Source: the human T2T-CHM13v2.0 reference genome, Homo sapiens. Taken from it: a DNA stretch of 64,000 nt. Shown piece by piece: positions 52,109 to 64,000 of this stretch (position 1 is the first letter of the stretch; each line of letters starts with the position of its first letter). A program made the translations under genes and the position numbers. The notes beneath the pieces were generated by a model that saw nothing but the letters and a program-made list of their open reading frames with translations, did no database searches and was not told where the DNA came from. The stretch is from the NCBI RefSeq assembly GCF_009914755.1, contig NC_060935.1; one strand, 5' to 3'.

Positions 52109-55100
52109 TTAACATATTAATAATTACCTTAAATGTAAATGATCTAACTTTATCAATTCACAGTCACGGATTATCAGAATGGGTTAAAAAAAATAAGCCA
52201 ACTCTATGCTGCCTAGAAGAAATTCACTTTCAAATGTAATCGAGGCAGGTTGAAAGTGAAAAATAGGAAAGGTGTATCAGGTAAATATCAATATTTTTAA
52301 AGTAGAATTATCTATTGTAATACCAGATAAAGTATACTTCAGAGCAAAGAAAGTTACCAGATCAGAAAGAGACATTATTTAAAAATAATAGAATCAATCC
52401 ACAAAGAAGACAGCAGTCCTTTACATGTATGTACAAATAAGAGTTGTAAAATATATGAAGCAAAAGCAATAGAACTAAAAGGACAAATAGACAAACACAT
52501 AATTATAATTGGAGACTTCAACACTCCTTTATTGACAATTCACAAAATACCTACGCCAAAAATCAGAATGCATATAGAATAATAACACCATCAGCCATCA
52601 GAATCCAATTGACATTTATAGAATTCTCCATAAAAAACTAGAAGAATACATATTTTTTCTCAAGTGCCCATAGAACATTTACAATGCATTGTATCCAGAG
52701 CCACAATGCAAATCTCAATAAATTTAAAATAACTTAAATCATAGAGAGTGTGTTATCTGACCAGAAAAAAGCAAAATTAAAGATAACACAAAGAAAAATC
52801 TCCAAGTGCTTGGAAACTAAAAACCATACTACTAAATAATACATGTGTCAAGAGAAAGTCTCAAGGCAAATTAAAAAATACACATTTCAGTGACTGAAAA
52901 TCAGAATACAATATATCAACATTTATGGGACACAGTTAAAGTCACCCTAAAGTGAAATTGAAGGCATTAAATGTATATATTCGAAAAGATAAAAGTCTCA
53001 AATAATTAGTCTAAGCTCCCACCTAGGAAATAGTAAAATAAAACCAACGCGAACAGAAGGAAAGAAATAACAAAGAGCAGAAACAAATGTAATTTAAATC
53101 AGATAATCAAGAGATAAAATCAATGAAACAAAGAATTTGTTGTTTAATAAGATCAATAAAATTAACAAACCTCTAGCAAGACTGATAAAGAAAAGAAATA
53201 GTATAAATTACAAATATCAGAAATGAAATAATTACTAAAGACCCTGGAGACATCCAGAGGACAAGAAGTGAGTACTACAAACAGTTCTATACACATAAAT
53301 TTGACAACTTAGATAAAATGTACCAATTACCCAAAAAACACAAACTACCACAAGCAACCCAATATGTGATAGATAATATAAATAGCTCCATTACCTTTAA
53401 AAGACTTGACTTTATTATTTTAAAAATTCCCAAACAAAAAAAGAAATCTTTAGGCTCAGATGATTTTACTGGAGAACTCTACAAACATTTAAAAATAATT
53501 AAGATCAATTTGATACAATCTTTTACAGAAAACAGAAGAGGAGAGAACACATTCCTATTCCTTTCTAATATTATTAAAATACTTCAGACAAAAGACAAAA
53601 GAAGAAAACTACAGGTCAATATCCCTCATGAATATGGACCCACAAATCCCTTAAAATTAGCAAATAAATTTCGACAATATATAAAATAGTGGATACCATG
53701 ATCAAGTGGAGGTCATCCAAGCATGCAAGACTGCTTCAGTATTTGAAAATCAATCCGTGTACTCAACAATATAAACAGGCTAAAGAAGAGCAACCACATA
53801 TTCATTTCAATCTATGCAGAAAATACAGTTAATAAATTTCAACACACATTGATAAAAAGTCTTAAAAACTGGGAATAGAAGGAAACTTTCTCAACTCAAT
53901 AAAGTGCATCTATAAAAAATCTGTACCTAACATTAGATTTAAGGGTGTAAGATGAATTATTTTGTACTATGATTAGGAGCAAGACAAGGATATCTTTCCC
54001 ACCACTCTTATTTACCATAATGCTTTAAATTCTTGCCATAAAGAAAAAAAAAATAAAAGTCATAAGAAAGAAAGAAATAAGACTGTTCCTATTTGCATAT
54101 GACATGATCATCTACAAAAAAAGAAAAGAAATCCTAATGAACCTACAAAGAAAAAAATCTTCTAGAACCAATAAATAAGTTCAGTAGGGTAACACTATAA
54201 AAGCATACATAATCAGTTGTGTTTCTACATATTATCAATCAACATGTGGACACCCAAATTAAAAATATAATACCTTTTACAATTGCTCAAAAATACTTAT
54301 TCTAAATAAATACTGTATATCAAAAACTATAAAATAATGATAAAATAAACCAAACAATTTTATTCTGAAGTGTATATGAAAATACAAAAGAACTAGAACA
54401 CTTAAAACAATTTAAGAATGAAGTGAGAGAAATCATTCCACCTGATTTCAACACTTACAGAGCTACAGTAATTAAAACTATGTGGGGTCCAAGGCAAAAT
54501 GGACACATAGATCAGTGGAACAGAAAAGACATGCCCAATTGGCTTTTGACAAGGGTATAAAAGTCACTGAAAGAGAAATAATCTTTTCAACAAATAATGC
54601 TGGAGCAATAAACACCAATAAGCAAAAATAGAAATAAAATAAAATCTCAACCTAAATCTTATGATATAAAATTTAACTTAAAATGGATCATTGATTTCAT
54701 AAAAAGAAAAAACTGATAAACTGGATTTAATCAAAATTGAAAACACTGCACTGGAAAAATCATATTAAGAAGATGGAAATACAAACTACAGCATAGGAGA
54801 AAATATTTGTAAAGCACATATCCAAAAAAGATTTGGTGTTGAGAATATATAAAGAACTGTCAAAACTCAACAAAGTAAAATAATCCAATTGGAAATTAGG
54901 TGAAGATAGGAAGAGATATTTCACCAGAGGAAATACAGATTGCAACATAAGCATGTGAAAAGATGTTCAATATCTTCTACCTGATTTCAAGACACATAAC
55001 AGCCACAGTAATTAGACACTAAGGACATGCAAATTAAAATCACAGTGAGACATCACTACATACAAAATGGTTAAAGTAAAAACATATGACAGCAATTGCT

Positions 55101-56294
55101 ATTTAGGACATGGAGAAACTGGATCGCTCACATTCCTGGTGGGAATATAAAATGGTACAACCACTCTTGAAAACAGTGTGGAGGTTTCTTTGAAAACAAA
55201 ACATGCAACTATTAACAAATAACCTAGTAGTTAACCTAGAGAAATAAAAACTTATGTTCAAATAGTTTTATTCACAATAGCCAAAAGCCTGAAATAACTC
55301 AGACAACCTCAGAGAGAATAATTAAACAAGCTGCAGTGTGTCAGTACCATGGAATACTGTTCAGCAATAAAAAGTAACAGACTACTGATACACATATCTT
55401 AAATGAAATTCCAAAATATTATGCTGAGTTAAAAAAAATCTCAAATGTATGATGATTTCATTTGTATAACATTATTTAAAGTGACGATATTATAGAAATG
55501 GAGAACAGATCAGTGGTTCCCAGAGATTAAGAAGAGACTAAAAGTAGAGAAGGGGGTGTGGCAATGAAAGGACAACATGTGGGGTCCTTGTGATAAAGAA
55601 AGTTATCTTCATCTTGACTGTGTAAATATTTTGATTGTAATATTGTGCTGTAGACATTACCATTGGGGGAAACAGGGTTAAGGGTATAGGGGATCTAACG
55701 CTCTGTATTATTTCTGACAACTGCATGTGAATGTATAGGTATCTCAAAATAAACTTAATTTACTAAAGTGATGACTTAAATAAAATTTCCTTCCCTGTCA
55801 TTCCCCAACTTCCACCTCACCTCCTGTACTTCTTGTAGCTGATTCAACCACCAGCTGGTATATAAGGTATGCATGTGTGCATATGCATGAGTATGTTTCT
55901 GTGACAGAGTGAAAAAGAGGGGAGCAAGAGGATGGCTCTTCCAATGCTAGCCCTGCTGTGCACACACAGTAGGGGAGTAGGAGAAAGTGCAATAAGGACC
56001 TCAAGTGAGTTTAGGTGCATTCTGCCTTCATTATAGTAACATAAACCTTTGGATATGAGAGTGCCAAGGAGGGAAAGCAGTGTCATTTTATTCAGTCAGT
56101 CTTACTTTTTTTTGTTTTGTACATGGAAAATAACATTAGGATGAGGATACTAACAACAAAGACAATTAGGCCATTCCCCTAGTCTCATCATCTTATAAGG
56201 GAGATGTAGGCTATTTTAAAAAAGAGAAAATAGGAGATCCTGAATAACATTTCTCCCCCACATGATTATATGTAGCTATATGACTGATAGGCTT

Positions 56295-56620
56295 ACCATT
56301 CATTCACTTATTTATATATCCATTTATTTATTTAAAAAATATGTACTGCATGCCTACTCTGTGATAGAAACTATGCTAGGCCATAGATATTCAAATGTGA
56401 AAAAGACACATATTCTTTCTATAAAGTAGCTCAGAATCTATTAGAGAGGCAGATTCTTCAAAACTGTCAATTTTAGAACAATGTAGAATTGTTCTGCTTT
56501 ATTCAGGAGCTATGAACAGAGTATCACAGGAAGATACAGTGAGTGGGGAACCTAACCCAGCCAGGCACAAGGGTGTCGTGGAATGCTCCCAGAGAACATG
56601 GCCCCAGAACTGAGCTTATT
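56295..56620 (-). mobile_element. L2 relic
   Basis: CATTCATTCACTTATT...TGCCTACTCTGTGATAGAAACTATGCTAGGC. Confidence 0.7.
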
Positions 56621-57116
56621 TATAATTCCACAGTTATTCTCTGTCTACCATGTGTAAGTCATTATTCTAGGTTAAGATATAGATAAAAGCGTTTCAGACA
56701 CTGAAGATAGAAACAGCATGATCCAGACAAATATGATCCAGCATTATCCAGCAGCACCTCAAATATTTATTAAATTAAGTTGAATTAAATTTGTGGAAAA
56801 CTAATAGAAATGTACTTAAATCTTTCTCATGTTGAGAAGAAGAGGCTTAAGACTTTGAACTCCAGATAAATAAAATGTTACTGTAAAATACTGGAATAAT
56901 TGAACTTTATAAACTCACAAACATACTTGCACCTTTATAGGCACATACTGTGTGGATTGATGCCTGGTCAGAGATGAGTCAACAACTAACTTACAATGTA
57001 AAAGCACAGAATAGTATCTGATACTTTTGTGTGCACAATAAAATTTTTTTAAAGCCTCAGATTGCTTAGCCTCCTATGCACAGATTGCACTGTTCACTAA
57101 AATGCTCAAATTAGTT

Positions 57117-57204
57117 ATGCAAATCCTGTGTCATGTGATGCCTCTCCACCATATGTGACTAGTTACCATAGCAGTCAGCTTAAGTGCATATTTTCCATAG
57201 CAAC
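57117..57204. promoter_or_regulatory. Candidate enhancer motif cluster (octamer, M-box, E-box, two RFX X-boxes)
   Basis: ATGCAAAT 57117, GTCATGTGA 57130, CATATG 57150, GTTACCATAGCAG 57162, TTTTCCATAGCAAC 57191 in non-repeat DNA; motif evidence only. Confidence 0.5.
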
Positions 57205-57879
57205 GTAGGAATCTTTACCATACAGAGACCTAAGTGAGACAGAAATGAAAGCAATTCCACAGCAATATGAAATATAAATGTTGGCAACATCCCCTGAATG
57301 CTTCTTTAAAACAACATTGACTTTTAAATGTCACAGCCTCTGGGTGGTTCTCTTTTAGCCTATATCAGCACCTCTCTCCTGTTGGAAATGTGAAACTCTT
57401 TGAGAACACACAACATTTATGATTGGGTTAAGAAGACTGAGCAGTGGTATCTGCAATCTGCAAATTGAAGTTCCATATGGTGGTGTGATGTGATGCAATT
57501 GTCGTTTTCATTGGCTCACTGTGTGGCCACAATTCCTGCCTCATACTACAAGGCTGGAACCAAACGGAGCTGAAATTTTCCCTTGTCTTGTTGGTCTTTT
57601 GAGAGCGGTTATCCACCCAGTTACATCAATCTCATTCTTGATGTTTAATAGGAAGGCTGTTTATCCTTAAAAAGGCTTCTAGATCCACTGGCATATATAA
57701 GAGTGAATATATAGATGAGAAACAGGATTCCAGAAACTCCATTCATTTATTGTAGGTTTAATCTTTTTACAAAATTAAATACATACACACACACACACAC
57801 ATACACACACACACAAATGTAGGCCTGAGGAGTGGTCCTGGTGTTGAGCTAAATTTACCTGTGGGTAACACTATGAGAG

Positions 57880-58035
57880 GTTGCCATTGAGCACTAATGT
57901 GCCAGGCACTATCCTAGCCTTCTAGATCCATTATAATGAACCTTCATAGCAACCCCTTGAGAAATGGCAGCAACTCTGAACTTCCCGGAGGAGATAACTG
58001 AGGTACAGAGAAGATGATTAACACCCTCCCAACCA
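57880..58035 (-). mobile_element. MIR
   Basis: ATTGAGCACTAATGTGCCAGGCACT...CATAGCAACCCCTTGAG...AACTGAGGTACAGAG. Confidence 0.75.
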
Positions 58036-58974
58036 CAAAGATACCTGATTAGAAAATAATAGCACTAACATTGAAAGTCATGTTTTTCTACTCTAAGACC
58101 CAAACTCATTCCACTATTCTTTGCAATGTATAGGAAAATAAAAAAGAGAAAAGAGCTAAGACTGAGAAGAAAAAGGCTGGTGTGGGACTCAAAGATATGT
58201 CCAGATTGATGGGGAATCGCTGACAGAGAATGCAGGTGGAATAACAGATATTGAGACAACCCCAGGCAGGTCTCAGAATGACATAGAATGGGTCTTTTGG
58301 GGATGTTGTCCTCATTAAGCACTGGCTCCATCCATGGTTCTCCTGGATTCTTTACACATTACGTATTTAAACGATGTGAAGACACATAGCTTCTCTAATG
58401 GTGATTACAAACCTAATAGAACACTTTTTCTATTACTCAGCTTCTCAGTACCCCAGTGTTAATTTCCCCCCTCCCTCTACACCTCTCACTGGAAAGAGAC
58501 TAACTTTTCTTGCTCTTCTATCATTTGGAAATAGGATGGTGCTCATTTCAGAGCCAGAAGCTGTAACAGAAAGGAAAAGAAAATACATTTTTCTTGTTTC
58601 TACACTATATTCCTGCAGAGTAACCCCTTAGGAGAAATAGTCTATTTGATTCCTAAAACATTATTATGAAAAAGTAACCTCTTAAAATTACACTGCTGTG
58701 GCTTTAGCGAAATGCGCTTGTAGATTTTTTACATTTGTTTCTCATTTTCCAAGACTCCCCTCAAAGAAAGTTTGCAGTGGATTGCTGAGCTGTGATCATT
58801 CATGTGAATTAGTTAGAGACTGTGCCAAGGAGTCTCTGAGCCTACACCCAGCACGTTGAGCAGTGGATGAGCATACTAGTGTAACTGGTATGCAATGGAG
58901 AAAGTCGCTATCGGGACCTCAAATCTTTCCTTTTAAAAGTAAACTGGTTATGAACTAGACAGTAATCTAGGCTT

Positions 58975-59450
58975 TTTCTGCTCTAGATCACTGGATTTCA
59001 GACACCCATAGCTACCAGAGTGATCAATCCAAAACAGAAATCTCACCATGTCTCTCCAATACGCAAGCCCATAGGGCATGGCTCCCCACTGCCTTTCTAA
59101 CATGAGAGTCTAGGCCTTCCCTGACCCAGCCCTTTTTGCCTTCCAGCCCCCACTGTTACCACTCCCTCCCTCCACAGCCTTCATACTCTGAAACACCTTA
59201 AATTACGTGCAGTTCTCTCCATGCATCATGCTTCTCATCTCTGAATAGATGTTTATGTTTGTTCATGTTTGTTCCTCTGCTTAGAAGGATCTACTTCCCC
59301 ACTTCACCCCCACCTCCTGCATTTGTCTAGCCAACTTCACTCATTCATTAGGGTCACCCTGAGTTAAATATGCCTTCTCTGTGCTTTGCTATACTCTTAC
59401 ATTGCTATTCATTACACTCACACTGTCGTATTATAATAATAACAATATGG
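58975..59450 (+). mobile_element. L2 relic
   Basis: CCAGAGTGATC...TGGCTCCCCACTGCC...GCCAACTTCACTCATTC. Confidence 0.65.
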
Positions 59451-61129
59451 AAAGAGGTTATTTGCTCAGGAAAATCTCTCATAGTAAAAGGTCTGCTTTA
59501 TTTTTTGAAGACATGCTTTGATGAGCCTATTTAACATATAGATGCTTTGCCTGATGGGGCTGCTTTCTGGGAGACATGTAGAGAAGGGGAGTATATGCTG
59601 AAAGAGAAGTAAGAGAAGGCTTTGGAAGAGGAAGAGGAGCATTAGGGAACCAGCACCAGAGGCAAAGGTGGAGAGCAAGACAGTAGGAAAGTCTCATGAT
59701 CTCAAATTTGACCTCCTCCTCACTGTGACTATTTAGTTCACAAAGTCACTCAACTCTCAAACTGTTTGTAGGAAATACAATTTAAGGAATAAACTAAGAA
59801 AGAGGCTTTGCTTTATATCTGCACTCACTAGGAGAGAGGAAAACAGCCATATGGATACAGAAAACACTAGAGGAATAAAGGAATAGAAAGTAACTTAGAG
59901 AAACTGGAAGAAATTGTGAGGAGAGTTTTTGACTGTCCCAGGACATGGAATCCTGGTTTAGTCAAAATTTGATGACATCTCCAAGGGGCAGAAGGTGTCA
60001 GTAATATCTGGCTTACATAATTACATGAAACGTTTCTGCTTCCATCACCAACCTGGGGAATCTTTACCTGCTGCATCACCGAAGCTATCCTAGCACCTGG
60101 TATATTGTAGATGTTCCATAAGCAGTAGGTAAATCAATATTATTCATATGCTATATGAATCGCTAGTTTAAAGTAAATTTAAAAGAATGACATCTTGAGA
60201 ATTGTTTCCTGGATCCTAGAGACAGCTAGAGATATCCTTCATTAAGAAGAAAATTACTTGAAAATTAAGAGTCTAAGGAAAACTAAATTAAGAAGGTCAA
60301 TTTGCCGAAAAATGCATTTAATGATTTTCAAAGCCATATATAAATGAATCTTGGATTATCTGCCCCAGTGCTCACATCTATTAACTGGGAGGAATGCATA
60401 AAATGGGTTATGATGAGAGGGTCTGGAGCTGTTAAACATAGTGTGCCACCTCATAGTGGGGTCTCAAGCCATTTCCTTCTCTCATCTTGAGCCTAAAGTG
60501 CATCCATTGCATTTTTCATGTATCAGGCTCCAATGTAGCAATTGCCCAATAGGGATGACGCTGATATTGGCTGTTACTCTTTCAGTTTGCTGCAAACAAC
60601 TTTCATTTGTCCTGCCAGGATGCCTGTGTTTGGGGGTAAGGACAAATGAGTGGAAGTAACACATCTCAACAGTTATACTGTCTCAAAAGCTCTGCATCAT
60701 AGAGTGGCACCAGGGGGTTGCTGGCTCATTTTAGATTACAAATGCAACACCTTTTTGAGTTGCTCCATACGTTTTCTGCCACCTGAAGCAAAAGGAACTT
60801 GATTCAATAGTAGGATGAGTTTGATTTATTAAAGTTGTAGACAGAGTAGGGGCTGCCTCCAGAGGAGCAGAGAAAAGAAACAACTGGTACCATTTTATTA
60901 TTCCTGTCTCCATTCATCTGAAAACTAAACTGGCCACTGGAAAACCTTGGAGTACAATTTGTTAAATACCTTCATCTCAGATCAAATAGAGCCAAGAATC
61001 TTGGTAACATACACAGAGACTGTTTTATCTTAAGGCCGTTTGAAATCTAATGAATTTTCTTCTTCTTTTCCACATGGTCTCGGTGTTCTAATTTTCAAAG
61101 TGGTCTAACATTTTTTGATTCATAGAATG

Positions 61130-61710
61130 GTTAATAACAAAAATGGCAGCTACTATTTTTGAGCATTTACTGGGTGCAAGAATCTGTACTATGTACCTTA
61201 TATACAGAATCTCTAATTCATATAACAGCCCTGCAAGAAAGCTGTTATTACCCTCACTTCACTAAGAAGGAAACAGAGTTCAGTGAAGTGAGGTATCTTG
61301 CTCAAGATCACATTGCTAGTAAATAATGATGCTGGAACTAAAATAAAGATCTAACTCATATCCCCAACCATTACAGTCAAATTGCCTCAGAAATAATAAT
61401 ATACATGAAATCTCTGTGTAAACTGTAAACCAAAAGCAAAACTATGTATAATGAAACGAGAATTATTTTGGACTTCAATAGCTTATATACAACATTTACT
61501 GCCATTCTGTTACCATATGGTCTTTGCCAAGTCATCTAACCTTCCTGAGAGTCAGTTTCTGCATCTGTAAAATAGGTATCCCATTACCCATTTTATTACC
61601 TACTTCCTATTACATTATACTACAGAAGAACTAGTCCTAAGAGCACATTAGATAATGGATGTGAAAGTAATTTGTAAACTGTAAAGCACCATGCAAACAT
61701 GAGTTTCGCT
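61130..61710. mobile_element. Two MIRs (minus 61130-61380, plus 61490-61710)
   Basis: TTGAGCATTTACTGGGTGCAAG...CTTGCTCAAGATCACA; GAGTCAGTTTCTGCATCTGTAAAATAGG...TTTGTAAACTGTAAAGCAC. Confidence 0.75.
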
Positions 61711-62365
61711 TAATGAAGTATGGAATCATAAATTAGGCACTCAGAGCAATCTTTTAAAAGAGGACAAGCACTCTCTCTGATTGGTGCCTAATTTGATGCT
61801 TACATTGTGCAGGAACCATTTCAGTTGAACTGTTTGAGTGGCTCAAAGCAAGTTACTTTTTCTAGGCAGCTTCCATTTCAATATAAGTGCCAGTAAAAGA
61901 TCATGCAAAGCAAAAGGGCCCTCCTGAAGGTGATGCGGAGTCAAAGCTGTCTGTACACCAAGGACCTACCTAGGTCCTGAAAAAAGCAGCCCCTTTAGGC
62001 TTAGAGTAAGGACTCATATTATGTTGTTGTTTTTCAATCCAGGAAGAGCTCTAGATGTGCCCAGCATGAAAGAAAACAAGTGATACACATTCTTAAGCTT
62101 ACATCTCAGATTTAGGGGGTTGTTTTAGAGAGAACATCTATAAAACTCTCTTGGATTCTAGCCAGTAGATTCTGAATACTAGTTGACAAAGAAGATTACT
62201 CCAGCCACCTGCAGCTTATGAGTCTGGGAGAGAATGATCATATTATTCTACTTTTAGGTTAATGCATATTATGTATTCTCTACAGTAATTTGCTAGTGAA
62301 GGTATAACAATGGTTTCAACTAGTAATGGGTGAAGACGATTACTTTGGCAGGAAGATGTCCTCAC

Positions 62366-62430
62366 CTTGAATGTCATCAAAAAATCATCTCCTGCTTAGA
62401 TGGGAGGAATTTCCCTTCAACAAGACATTT
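62366..62430 (-). other. Candidate 65-nt non-coding exon
   Basis: Minus strand: CCCTTTCTCTTTCCCTCTGGTTTCAG|AAATG...ATTCAAG|GTGAGG; stops in all three frames. Confidence 0.4.
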
Positions 62431-63155
62431 CTGAAACCAGAGGGAAAGAGAAAGGGTTGGGTGCTAATACAAGTAAATCTGTGATCACATAATTCAGTGG
62501 ACAATAGGAAGAGGTCATCTTCTGAGAATATTTTCTTCTCTAAAATAATCATAACAATTATATATTAATATTACTAATAACAGATTCCTAGTGCTTCCCT
62601 CAATCCTGAGTACTAGCATATGCCAAACAGATGATGAATATATGAAAAAATAAATACATCTTCCTAACAATCTTAACTGATGCCTCACAACTCTTGAGCT
62701 CTGAAATATTTCTATACTATTTCATAATACTTCTCTATCAGAGGAGAATGACTTCAAGGCACACTGCAGAATTCAAACACTTCCACGTAGAGGACAATGA
62801 CTGGCAGGCATTCTGCCATTAGGAAATTCTGTCTCTATTTATTACTCATCCAAGAAATATTCTATTCTTCCTATGCCTAGCACAGTGCCAAGCACTTACA
62901 TAGTCAGTAAATGTATGTTTCGAAATGGAAGTGCCCTGCATAAAGCTATAGGAAACTTTTTTGGTTTAGATTTTTTAAGAAATAAAAACCCTCAATAGAG
63001 TTCTTTCTCTCTTCTTCCCATAACTTTCCCATTTATTATTTATAAGCCTTAGGCTTGTTATATTAATAAATTTATATTTATTTTCCATTAACATCTCCAA
63101 TAAATATTTCTTACATTAAATATATTATATAAATATACTTAACAAGCCAGAAGTT

Positions 63156-63316
63156 CAGAGACATTTACCATGAAGCTAAAGAAGGTCTCTTACTTGCATG
63201 AACCCCTTACAAAGCCCTGTATCTAATTTTGTAATTACAATTTGTGCTCTTTTTCTTAAAGTTTTCTATGCCAAGTTATAGAAAGCTCAGGCACACAAAA
63301 ATTAGGTCTATCTCTA
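63156..63316. mobile_element. MER53-like hAT MITE
   Basis: ATTTACCATGAAGCTAA...GCCCTGTATCTAATTTTGTA...TTTTTCTTAAAG...CAGGCACACAAAA. Confidence 0.7.
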
Positions 63317-63689
63317 GAGAAACTTCACTGTGTATTTTAATCCTATAAGGTACATATGTTATAGACACAGGGCTTGAGAATTACAGAGGTATATGACTTG
63401 CCCAAATACTCATCTTGAGTGGCAGACTAATGAATCAAGCTAAGATCTTCAGCCTCTAAATTCAGAACTTTTTGATTGAGCCACAATGCCTTCTTCTCGG
63501 ATATGGATGAGACTGTCATGTTCATAATTTCCAGGCAGTCCATTATCATTATCATCATTGCTGAGATCAGCCATCTGTTTCACAGGTGGGCAGAAGCTAA
63601 TACATTTAATGAGAGCCCACGACTCACCAGGCACTCCACCAGGGCCTTTTTACACATACATACACTGGCCCACACTCCCTCACTCACAA

Positions 63690-63691
<2 letters not shown>

Positions 63692-63734
<43 letters not shown>
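63692..63734. repeat. (AC)21 microsatellite
   Basis: Direct read. Confidence 0.97.
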
Positions 63735-63736
<2 letters not shown>

Positions 63737-64000
63737 TTCGTTTGATGCTTACAACAATCTAGTAAAGGTACACAGAGAACAGAAGAAAGCCTCTAAAAGA
63801 TCAACTTGCTGTAAGTCTCACAATAGAAAGTATGTGGTATTTAAACCTATATCTACCTGACTCTGAAGTCTATGATGTTTCTGTTATATAAAGCTACTGC
63901 TTCTTCCTGTGTCAAAACTGGGCAAACTAGTCACCTCACAGAAAAAGCCAACTCTCTTAAGTCTTGGAAGCCTGCCAGGACTTCCAGTGCATGTCAGCAG

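Noticed and set aside
57428-57616. Possible coding exon near the RFX cluster
   Set aside because: The frames I translated gave no recognisable protein, and I saw no convincing splice-site pair.

Overview
This is primate (very probably human) non-coding genomic DNA: AT-rich, CpG-poor, and mostly made of interspersed repeats. I find no protein-coding exon, RNA gene, CpG island or CRISPR-type system. The listed ORFs are decayed L1 fragments, Alu/LTR read-throughs or chance ORFs. The window holds four large L1s: an L1PB-type (+) at 13.6-20.5 kb, a twin-primed 5'-inverted L1PB4/L1MA1-type at 21.5-25.1 kb, a TSD-bounded full-length L1MA2-type (-) at 34.0-44.2 kb, and a near full-length L1MD-type (+) at 49.0-55.8 kb. 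There are also ten near full-length Alus plus one 40-nt Alu fragment, several solo LTRs (MLT2A x2, MST x2, THE1, MER52, LTR1-like, LTR33-like), hAT MITEs and many MIR/L2 relics, often nested 3-4 deep. Subfamily names come from recalled consensus sequences and need RepeatMasker/Dfam confirmation. The most unusual directly visible structures are: (1) a 117-bp, one-mismatch inverted copy of local unique DNA inserted into the 5' end of an MLT2A LTR; (2) a 40-nt tailless Alu 5' fragment between 16-bp TSDs; (3) two older microhomology-flanked templated insertions inside L1s; (4) a dense octamer/M-box/double-RFX motif cluster at 57.1-57.2 kb; (5) a candidate 65-nt non-coding minus-strand exon at 62.4 kb. 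I cannot support a claim of a new biological system, and I cannot name the locus.
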